48,377 bases of DNA from an uncultured Rhodothermales bacterium (lineage in GTDB: Bacteria; Bacteroidota; Rhodothermia; Rhodothermales; JANQRZ01), in NCBI GenBank assembly GCA_964438105.1, contig CAYTJT010000003.1, positions 1-48,377 on the forward strand. Direction: 5' to 3'. The first letter of the stretch is position 1. Every line of letters starts with the position of its first letter. Below, in pieces: positions 27,493 to 35,208 of this stretch. The position numbers and the translations under genes were made by a program. Under the pieces are notes generated by a model, which saw nothing but the letters and a program-made list of their open reading frames with translations, made no database searches and was not told where the DNA came from.

Positions 27493-29316
27493 ATGAGCGA
27501 CGTGCACAAAAACGTTGGCCTCCACATCACCTCCGACCCCGATACGACCTCGGTCACGCAGCCCGGCCGGGGCGCCCAGCGTCGAGCGGCGCCGATGCCG
27601 CTGCGCCTCCTGCTCGTCGCCGACCTCGCGCCGCAGCTGCGCCCCACGCGCACCGAAGAGCGCGTGCGCCGCGTGGACGCCAACAGCTTCGCGGAGTTGA
27701 TGGGGGACTGGCAGCCCGCGCTCCGCCTCGACGTGGAGAACCGGCTGAGCGCGCAGCCGCAGTCGCTGGAGATCGGGCTGCGCTTCACCTCGCTGAAGGA
27801 CTTCGCGCCCGCCGCGATCGCGCGACAGGTCCCGGCGCTCGCGCGCCTGCTCGCGATCCGCACCGAGGTCCACGGCGTCCGCACGAAAGGGACCGACCGC
27901 GAGACGTTCCGCGACCGCCTCGGCGAGGCCGGGGTCGACGCGGCCTCGGCCGACGGGCTCTACGGCCAACTGACCGTCGAGCCGCCGAAGCCGAAGCCCG
28001 CGCCGAAGCCTCAAGAGGACGACGCCATCGACCGGCTGATGGGGATGGTGGATGCGGGCGACGGAGCGAGTGACGAGCCGCCGCGCACCGCCGGCGACGC
28101 CCTCGCCGAAGCTGTTTCGGACGGCGCGCCACGGATCGCCACGTCGGCGGCCGACGAGATCCTGGAAGACTTCGACCGGAAGCTCGGCGGCCAGCTCCGC
28201 GCGATCCTCGAGCACCCGGACCTGCGCCGGCTCGAAGCGGCGTGGCGTGGGCTGAGGCTGCTCGTGGACCGCCTCCCGTTCCGCGAGGGCGTTCAGCTCG
28301 ACGTGCTCCCCGCGCGGCGCGACAGCCTCAGCGAGACGATCTATCACCAGGTGCTCATCCCCGAGCACGAGGCCGACGGAGCGGGCGACCCGCTCGCGGC
28401 CGTGATCCTCGGCTTCGCCTTCGACAACGGCCAGGCCGACGTCGAGTTGCTCGGGGATATCGCCGAGACGGGGGCGAGCCTGCAGGTCCCGTTCATCGCC
28501 TCGGCGAGCCCGACCTTCTTCGGCTTCGAGTCGGCCGAATCGATCGAGGCGCTGCCGTTCGTGCCGCAGCACGTCCAGGGGCCGGAGTACATCCATTGGA
28601 ATAAGCTGCGCGAGCGGGAAGACGCGCGGCACGTCGTGCTCGCCTTCCCGCCGTTTCTGCTGCGGGCGCCCTACGGCCGGGAGCATCCGTCGAAAGAGGT
28701 GCCGGTGGACGAGGAGGGGTTCCTGTGGGGCGGGGGAGCGCTGGCCGTCGCCCTCGGCATCGGGGACTCGTTTGCGGAGACCGGCTGGCCGACGCACCCC
28801 GCCGGGCGCCGCGTCGGGGACCTCCCGATCCGCGCGACGGAGCGAGGGCAGACGCCGCTGGCCGTTCTGCTGCCCGAGGCGAAAGCGGCGGAGCTGGCCG
28901 ACGTCGGCTTCGTCCCCCTCACCGGCGCGGCTGACCGCGACTGGGTGCAGGTCGCGCGGACGCCCACGCTGGCACGCCCCCAGACCTTCGACGACGCTAC
29001 GAAAACGGCGCACGCGGCGGCGCACGCGACGCTGCCCTGCGGGCTGTTCACGGCCCGCGCGGCCCACCGTATCCTGAAGCTGCCCGCCGAGTTGGACGCC
29101 GAGGCGCCGCTGGAGGCGAAACGGGAAGCCATCGTGAACCGCCTCCGTACGTTCCTGGGGGGGGACCTCGCGGCCGACGCCGTGACGGCGGACCCGGTCC
29201 CGGACGCCGAGGTCGAGGGGCACGACCTGCTAGCCGTCCGTCTTCAGCCGCCCCGGCACGTGCTCGACACGCCGGTGCATCTCGCTATCGGGTTGCCGGT
29301 GCCCCGGGGGGCGTGA
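27493..29316 (+). CDS. Fused TssB-like/TssC-like sheath paralog (single 607-aa polypeptide)
   Basis: Residues about 34-125 align with TssB at 9882..10406: PMPLRLLLVADL vs ELPMRLMILGDY, and FTSLKDFAPAAIARQVPALARLLAIR vs IDSMDSFNPEEVAKQVPQLNRMLAMR. Residues about 216-607 align with TssC residues about 80-510: HPDLRRLEAAWRGLRLLVDR vs HHDAFQEMESSWRSLKFLVDR, LAFPPFLLRAPYG vs LTFPRFMLRLPYG, and VGFVPL vs LGFVPL. A Pro/Ala/Asp-rich linker joins the halves. Confidence 0.75.
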   Translation: MSDVHKNVGLHITSDPDTTSVTQPGRGAQRRAAPMPLRLLLVADLAPQLRPTRTEERVRRVDANSFAELMGDWQPALRLDVENRLSAQPQSLEIGLRFTSLKDFAPAAIARQVPALARLLAIRTEVHGVRTKGTDRETFRDRLGEAGVDAASADGLYGQLTVEPPKPKPAPKPQEDDAIDRLMGMVDAGDGASDEPPRTAGDALAEAVSDGAPRIATSAADEILEDFDRKLGGQLRAILEHPDLRRLEAAWRGLRLLVDRLPFREGVQLDVLPARRDSLSETIYHQVLIPEHEADGAGDPLAAVILGFAFDNGQADVELLGDIAETGASLQVPFIASASPTFFGFESAESIEALPFVPQHVQGPEYIHWNKLREREDARHVVLAFPPFLLRAPYGREHPSKEVPVDEEGFLWGGGALAVALGIGDSFAETGWPTHPAGRRVGDLPIRATERGQTPLAVLLPEAKAAELADVGFVPLTGAADRDWVQVARTPTLARPQTFDDATKTAHAAAHATLPCGLFTARAAHRILKLPAELDAEAPLEAKREAIVNRLRTFLGGDLAADAVTADPVPDAEVEGHDLLAVRLQPPRHVLDTPVHLAIGLPVPRGA

Positions 29317-29490
29317 CCGTCCGGGAGGCCATCCGTTTCCCGGGATCGACCGGGGCGGTGGCCTATCGCAGGGACGAACCACGTTACCCTTCCAAGGGAT
29401 AGGCACCGATTCTATATTGCTCTCCCCCTTGCCTTATTGGAGTAAACGACGTTAGCCTAACCACGCCCCGCTTTCTCCCAACGACATCCC

Positions 29491-31185
29491 TTGAGCGCTT
29501 CTCACTCATCGTCCTCCCAGCCGGTGGAGGCGCGGCCCGCCGTACGGGCTCGCGTCGAGGGGAGCTCTCTGCCCGGGATGGAGCGGTCGTTCACCGAGCC
29601 GTTCACGATAGGGCGGGGCATGCAGGCGACGCTGCACGTGGATTCCGGACGCGTGAGCCGGATCCACGCGGAGGTGGTCTTCAGCGGCGGCGCGTGGCTG
29701 CTCCGCGACGCCGGGAGCACGAACGGGACCTACCACGACGGCGAGCGGATCGAAACTATACAATTGGAGGGAGACGTCGTGGTGCGGCTCGGGCGGGAAG
29801 GCCCCACCGTGTACCTCAGCGTCGATCCAACGGCCGCAGAGGGGACGGGCCGAGCGACCGCGGTCAGCGAGAACACTCCGTTCCTGAGCAGCTTCAGTGA
29901 GCCCTCCGCGGCCGAGGACGGAGACGCGACGTCGCCGCAGCGGCCGAGCGGGGCGTATCGGGCGGCGGATGGGGAGGTGCCCGGCGGCGCTCCGTCTGTC
30001 CCTCCGGTGCCCCCGAGAGCGGACGCGCCGGACACCCATTCCGTGAGCCAGGTAATCCGGCGTTACTTCAACGCGGAGGACGACGAGGCGGCGGGGGATC
30101 GGACGCGGATGATCCGGCAGGCGTACCAGCAGGTGCAGGCCGAGCAGAAGCGGACGTACGGCGGCATCATCGGCATCGTCGCGCTGCTGCTCGTCGTCGC
30201 GCTGGGCTTCGCCGTCTGGCAGCAGATCCGGGTGGAGCGGCTGGAGCAGACCGCGCAGGGGCTGTTCTACGAGATGAAGGAGCAGGACCTCGCGACGGCC
30301 CAGCTACGCCTCGTGGCCGAGGAGACCGGCAACGCCGACCTCGAAGCCCAGCTCGACGACCTGGAGGAGCGGCGCGTCCGCCAGGCGGCGCTCTACGAGG
30401 GGTACATCGAAGAGCTCGGCGTGTACCGCTCGCTCTCGCCGCAGGAGCGCGAGATCTACCGCGTCGCGCGGATCTTCAACGAGAGCGAGTTCTCGATCCC
30501 GGCGGGGTTCGTGCGCGAGGTGAAGGGGGTCATCAGCGAGTGGCAGAAGTCCAGCCGGTTCGAGAACGCGATCCTGCGCGCCGAGCGCAACGGCTACACC
30601 CCCATCATCGTCCGCACGATGAAGGAGTACGGGCTGCCGCCCGAGTTCTTCTACCTCGCCATGCAGGAGAGCAACTTCAACGAGTGCGCCGTCGGGCCGG
30701 AGACGCGGTGGGGCATCGCCAAGGGGATGTGGCAGTTCATCCCCACGACGGGGCAGGCCTACGGGCTGTCCCCCGGCCCCCGCAGCGACATCCGCGTCTG
30801 CGACGAGCTCGACGACCGCCACGACTTCTCTAAGGCCACCGACGCCGCCGCGCGGTACCTCCTGAACATCTACACCGAGCTGGCGCAGGCCTCGGGCCTG
30901 CTCGTGATGGCGTCCTACAACTGGGGCGAGCACCGCGTCTCCTCCAAACTGGACCGGCTGCCGGAGACCCCGCTCGAACTCGTCCGCCGCGACCTCGAAG
31001 ACATCCCGGCGAACCCGCAGCAGCGCAACTACTGGCGGTTCCTCAACGAGTACCGCGACCGGATGCCGGAGGAGACGAAGAACTACGTCCTCCACATCTT
31101 CGCCGCCGCCGTAATCGGGCAAGACCCCCGCCTCTTCGGGTTCGACTTCGACAACCCGCTGGCGCCCTACCTTCAAGGCCCCTGA
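29491..31185 (+). CDS. FHA domain - TM helix - periplasmic coiled coil - lytic transglycosylase (SLT) fusion protein
   Basis: FHA: FTIGRGMQATLHVDSGRVSRIHAEVVFSGGAWLLRDAGSTNGTYHDGERI. TM: IIGIVALLLVVALGFAVW. SLT: FYLAMQESNFNECAV...GIAKGMWQFIPTTG...MASYNWGE. The track start is TTG at 29491; GTG at 29524 is an alternative. The first ATG (29578) would cut into the FHA fold. Confidence 0.8.
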   Translation: MSASHSSSSQPVEARPAVRARVEGSSLPGMERSFTEPFTIGRGMQATLHVDSGRVSRIHAEVVFSGGAWLLRDAGSTNGTYHDGERIETIQLEGDVVVRLGREGPTVYLSVDPTAAEGTGRATAVSENTPFLSSFSEPSAAEDGDATSPQRPSGAYRAADGEVPGGAPSVPPVPPRADAPDTHSVSQVIRRYFNAEDDEAAGDRTRMIRQAYQQVQAEQKRTYGGIIGIVALLLVVALGFAVWQQIRVERLEQTAQGLFYEMKEQDLATAQLRLVAEETGNADLEAQLDDLEERRVRQAALYEGYIEELGVYRSLSPQEREIYRVARIFNESEFSIPAGFVREVKGVISEWQKSSRFENAILRAERNGYTPIIVRTMKEYGLPPEFFYLAMQESNFNECAVGPETRWGIAKGMWQFIPTTGQAYGLSPGPRSDIRVCDELDDRHDFSKATDAAARYLLNIYTELAQASGLLVMASYNWGEHRVSSKLDRLPETPLELVRRDLEDIPANPQQRNYWRFLNEYRDRMPEETKNYVLHIFAAAVIGQDPRLFGFDFDNPLAPYLQGP

Positions 31186-31235
31186 GGAGCGGCGCGTGTC
31201 CCGCAGCTTCCTCCCGACCCCTGACCTGTTGCCTC

Positions 31236-31997
31236 ATGCTGTGGAAGCGCTCCCCCCGCTCTCTGTCCATCCGCTTCGGCGCTAAGTCGGACGTCGGCCA
31301 GGTCCGTTCGGAGAACCAGGACGACTACGGTCGTTTTCCCGAGGTCCGGGCCGAGCGCAACGGGGATCAGGTGTTCATTGTAGCCGACGGGATGGGGGGG
31401 CACGAAGACGGCGGGCAGGCGAGCCGATCGGCTGTGGAGGCGGTTCGCGACACGTACTTCGAGGACCGGGAGGCCCCGGTGGAAGACCGGCTGCGCCGGG
31501 CGGTGCAGGAGGCGAACACCCGGGTCTACGCGTTCGCGCAGAGCGGGGAGATCCCCAAACGGATGGGCACCACGTGCACCGTCCTCGCGGTCGTGCACGG
31601 CGAGGCCTACCTCGCGCACGTTGGGGACAGCCGGGCGTACCGCATCGGGCGGAAGGGCATGACGCAGCTCACGCGGGACCACACCCTCGTCGAAGCCCTG
31701 ATGCGGGAGGGCGTGCTGACGGAGGCGGAGGCGGCGCAGCACCCGCAGCGGCACGCGCTCGTCCGCGCCATCGGCATCCAGCCCGACGTCGACGTCGACG
31801 TCGAGCGGCTCGCGACCCCGCAGTCCGGCGACGCGTTTCTACTGTGCTCCGACGGCCTCTCCCGCGTCAAGGATGCGGAGATCGGCGACATCGTCCGCGC
31901 CGAGACGCCGCAGCAAGCCGCCGAATCGCTCGTGCGCATCGCCAACGAGCGGGGGGGGCACGATAATGTGACGGTACTAGTGGTTAAGATTGAGTAG
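31236..31997 (+). CDS. pppA: PP2C-family Ser/Thr phosphatase (PppA-like)
   Basis: Motifs SDVGQVRSENQD, VADGMGGH, GTTCTV, HVGDSRAY, LLCSDGL, GGHDNVTVLVV. Confidence 0.9.
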   Translation: MLWKRSPRSLSIRFGAKSDVGQVRSENQDDYGRFPEVRAERNGDQVFIVADGMGGHEDGGQASRSAVEAVRDTYFEDREAPVEDRLRRAVQEANTRVYAFAQSGEIPKRMGTTCTVLAVVHGEAYLAHVGDSRAYRIGRKGMTQLTRDHTLVEALMREGVLTEAEAAQHPQRHALVRAIGIQPDVDVDVERLATPQSGDAFLLCSDGLSRVKDAEIGDIVRAETPQQAAESLVRIANERGGHDNVTVLVVKIE

Positions 31998-32059
31998 TTT
32001 CCGGGTCTAGTACGCTGTCATTCCTGGCTCCGCGACGCTCGACCGCCGACACGCCCTCT

Positions 32060-34045
32060 ATGCCTGATACGATCATCGGCCAAGAAATAGACGGCTTCCA
32101 AATCCTCGACGAGTTGGGGCGGGGGGGGATGGGCGTCGTCTACAAGGCCGAGGACGTAGCCCTCGCGCGGCCGGTCGCGCTCAAGATGATCGCCCGCGAC
32201 CTCGCCCGCGACGAGTCGTTCGTGCGGCGGTTCCGCTCCGAGGCACGGGCGCTCGCCCGCATCAACAGCTCCTACATCACGTCGATCTACGCCCTCCGCC
32301 GCACGGATCTGGGCATCTTCATCGTGATGGAGTTCATCGGCGGTGGCACGCTCGGCGACATGATGGAGCGGGGCCCGCTGAAGTGGTCCGCGATCCGCCC
32401 CGTCGTGCTGGAGATGATCACGGCGCTCGAACACGCCCACGGCGTCGGCATCATCCACCGCGACATCAAGCCGGGCAACATCCTCATCACCGAGAGCGGC
32501 CACGTCAAGGTCACGGACTTCGGCCTCGCCAAGCTCCACGCGGCCGACAAGGCGGCGACGGTGACGCAGGGGATCGCCGGGACGCTCTACTACATGTCGC
32601 CGGAGCAGGTCAAGGGCGAGCGGAACCTGGACGGGCGGAGCGACCTCTACGCCCTCGGCGTGACGATCTACGAAGCGCTCAGCGGTCGCCTCCCGTTCGA
32701 CCGGGGCGGCAGCGAGTTCTCGACGATGCGGAAGATCGTGGAGGACCCGTACCCGCCGCTCGGGCAGTTCGTGCCGGACCTCCCGCCGGGTCTCGAAGCG
32801 GCGGTGATGAAGGCGCTCGAGAAGAACGCCGACGACCGCTACCCGAACGCGGCGGCCATGCGGGCCGCCTTCGAGGCCATCCCCGGCGGTGCCGCCCCCC
32901 GGGCGGGCGGCGCGCAGCCCTCACGGCGGGAAGCCGAGACGGTCGTGGCAGGCGCGGCATACGATGAGCAGCCTGCTTCGCCGGTCGCGGCGTCCGCCAC
33001 CCCGGCCCGGCCGAACCGCAAGCTGATGGTCGGGGGCGGCGTGCTGGCCGCGGTCGTGCTGGTGGCGCTCGCCTTCTTCCTGTGGCCCTCCGGCCCCACG
33101 ACGCCGCTCAGCGTGACGACCGATCCGCCCGGCGCCGCGGTGTACTTCGACGGTCGCTCGCTCGGGCGAACGCCGCTGGACGCCGATGTCGAGGGCGATG
33201 GTGGCAGGCTGCGCGTCGAGCGGGTGGGCTACGCGATCCTCGACACGACGATCGCCTTCGCCGAGGGCGAGCCGCTGGCGCTCAACCTCCCGCTCGTGCC
33301 CGTCCCCGAGGGCGATGCGCCCGTAGCAATGCTCGAAGTGGAGTCGAGTCCTTCTGGCGCCACGGTGTACGTCAACGACGAGCGCGTCGGCGAGACGCCG
33401 TACACCCACCGCGACAGCAGCGGGCGCCCCGTCGCCGTGCGCGTCGAGCGCGCGGGCTACCAGCCGTACATCCGGCGGGGCATCCTCCTCCAACCGGGCG
33501 AAACGACGCCCCTGCAAGCCGACCTCTCGCGGATAGAAACGGCGTCTACCCAGCCGAGCCCCATCGAGACGCCCACCACCACGGGCACCGACGATCCGCC
33601 TCCGGCCCAGTCCTTCGGCACACTCGCCGTCACGAACCCCGGAGGAGCAATCCGTGTCGCCGGGCAAAGCGCCCAGGGGAGCGACCAGTTCCGGCTCCCC
33701 GCCGGAACGCACACCGTCCGTTGCGAAAGCCCGAACTATGAGCCTTTCGAGGCGCCCGTCCAGGTTCGCGCCGGGGAGGAGAGGGCCGTCACGTGTCACT
33801 TCCAGGCGCGAGTCAACGTTAACTCGACACTGGAGGGCGGAGGGCCCCTATGGGGTGCCATCTGGGTGGACGGGCGCAACACCGGTTCTACGACGCCGAC
33901 TGTTCTGACCCTCGGCCCTGGGACGTATACGGTCGGGGTGAGGCGCGACGGGTACCAGACGCTCGAACCGTCACGGACGGTTTCCATCGAGCCGGGGCTG
34001 GAGCAGCAGACCGAGCGGCTGACATTCACCTTGCGAAGAGAGTGA
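32060..34045 (+). CDS. ppkA: Hanks-type Ser/Thr kinase with TM helix and periplasmic PEGA-like domains (PpkA-like)
   Basis: GRGGMGVVYKA, VALKMI, HRDIKPGNIL, DFGLAK, GTLYYMSPE. TM is LMVGGGVLAAVVLVALAFFLW. Three PEGA-like units: VTTDPPGAAVYFDGRSLGRTP, VESSPSGATVYVNDERVGETPY, GAIWVDGRNTGSTTP. Confidence 0.9.
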   Translation: MPDTIIGQEIDGFQILDELGRGGMGVVYKAEDVALARPVALKMIARDLARDESFVRRFRSEARALARINSSYITSIYALRRTDLGIFIVMEFIGGGTLGDMMERGPLKWSAIRPVVLEMITALEHAHGVGIIHRDIKPGNILITESGHVKVTDFGLAKLHAADKAATVTQGIAGTLYYMSPEQVKGERNLDGRSDLYALGVTIYEALSGRLPFDRGGSEFSTMRKIVEDPYPPLGQFVPDLPPGLEAAVMKALEKNADDRYPNAAAMRAAFEAIPGGAAPRAGGAQPSRREAETVVAGAAYDEQPASPVAASATPARPNRKLMVGGGVLAAVVLVALAFFLWPSGPTTPLSVTTDPPGAAVYFDGRSLGRTPLDADVEGDGGRLRVERVGYAILDTTIAFAEGEPLALNLPLVPVPEGDAPVAMLEVESSPSGATVYVNDERVGETPYTHRDSSGRPVAVRVERAGYQPYIRRGILLQPGETTPLQADLSRIETASTQPSPIETPTTTGTDDPPPAQSFGTLAVTNPGGAIRVAGQSAQGSDQFRLPAGTHTVRCESPNYEPFEAPVQVRAGEERAVTCHFQARVNVNSTLEGGGPLWGAIWVDGRNTGSTTPTVLTLGPGTYTVGVRRDGYQTLEPSRTVSIEPGLEQQTERLTFTLRRE

Positions 34046-34131
34046 GCGGACAGATCCGCGCTCTGCCTTACTTTGCAGTCCGCCGCAATGCGAAGTCTTT
34101 ACTACTCAACGTCATATCGAGGTGCTCAGTC

Positions 34132-35145
34132 ATGCTCTCAATCTCATTCCGCACGGCATGCGCGGTGATCTGTCTGTTCGCAGTGTCGGTCGGTACGGCG
34201 CAGGCGCAGGACGCCGCGCTCGAGAAGGCCATCGAATCCTACAACTCCGCCGAGTACGACCAGGCGATCAGCAGCTTCGCCGCGCTCGTCGAGGACGCCT
34301 CGACCGATAAGAGCGTGAAGAAGGAAGCGCTGCAGTACCTCGGCCGCGCCTACGTCGCCAAGCAGGCCTACAGCGACGTCCGCACGACGATCGACCGCCT
34401 GCTCGACCTAGAGCCGCCGCTCGTCGAGCTCGACCCGGAGACCGAGCCGCCGGACCTCATGGAGCTCTACTACGAGGTGCGCCGCGACTACACCGGCTAC
34501 GAGGTCGAGCGCCCCGACCCGGGCATGAAGACGCTCGCGGTGATGGATTTCACGAACACCTCGGTGGACGAGAAGGAACGCTTCGACCCGATGCAGCAAG
34601 GCTTCGCCTCGATGATGATCAACTACCTCGAGGGGTCGACCGACCTCAAGGTGATCGAGCGCGAGCGCGTCCAGTGGCTCCTCGACGAGCTGGAGCTCCA
34701 GCGCGACGCCGGTCTCGTGGATCAGGCGTCGGCCGTGCGGACGGGCAAGCTGCTCGGGGCGACGGCCGTGCTCTTCGGCGCCTTCACCGTCCACGGCAAG
34801 CAGATGTGGCTCTCGGCCCGGCTCGTGAAGGTCGAGACCGGGGAGATCCTCCTCGCCGAGCAGATCTTCGGCAACAAGGACGACTTCTTCGAGCTCGTCG
34901 AGGACCTGTCGGACCAGGTCACCGAGGCCATCGGGGTCGAGCTCGCGAGCGCATCGGGCGGCGACGAGCAGTCGCGCTCGCTCGACGCCGTGCTCTCATA
35001 CTCCCAAGGGCTGGGGCTGATCGAGCAGGAGAAGTATCAGGAGGCCTACGACAAGTTCATCGAAGCGCTCGAGTACGACCCCAGTTACGCAGACGCGCGG
35101 CGGAGGGCCGAGAGCCTGAGGCCTCAACTCGCGCAACTGGGCTAA
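34132..35145 (+). CDS. Secreted TPR + CsgG/LpoB-like domain protein (paralog 1)
   Basis: Start is an internal ATG of track ORF 33850..35145, which otherwise overlaps ppkA. Signal peptide MLSISFRTACAVICLFAVSVGTAQA. Core KTLAVMDFTNTS...LKVIERERVQWLLDELELQRDAGLVD...GKLLGATAVLFGAF is the CsgG/LpoB-type fold signature. TPR-like helices flank it on both sides. Confidence 0.6.
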   Translation: MLSISFRTACAVICLFAVSVGTAQAQDAALEKAIESYNSAEYDQAISSFAALVEDASTDKSVKKEALQYLGRAYVAKQAYSDVRTTIDRLLDLEPPLVELDPETEPPDLMELYYEVRRDYTGYEVERPDPGMKTLAVMDFTNTSVDEKERFDPMQQGFASMMINYLEGSTDLKVIERERVQWLLDELELQRDAGLVDQASAVRTGKLLGATAVLFGAFTVHGKQMWLSARLVKVETGEILLAEQIFGNKDDFFELVEDLSDQVTEAIGVELASASGGDEQSRSLDAVLSYSQGLGLIEQEKYQEAYDKFIEALEYDPSYADARRRAESLRPQLAQLG

Positions 35146-35208
35146 CCGCACCTGCAGCCTATCCCGGGCGCTCCGCGCCCGAGAGCCACCCCGTTTCGGA
35201 CTCCGCCT

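Noticed and set aside
29317-29490. 174-nt gap before the FHA-SLT gene. It has a short inverted repeat (gcctatc...gataggc), a TATATTG box at 29,413-29,419, and a possible small RNA.
   Set aside because: The stem is only 7 bp with a roughly 30-nt loop, and the box is one nt short of consensus. This is most simply an operon boundary or promoter region, with too little evidence for an RNA gene.
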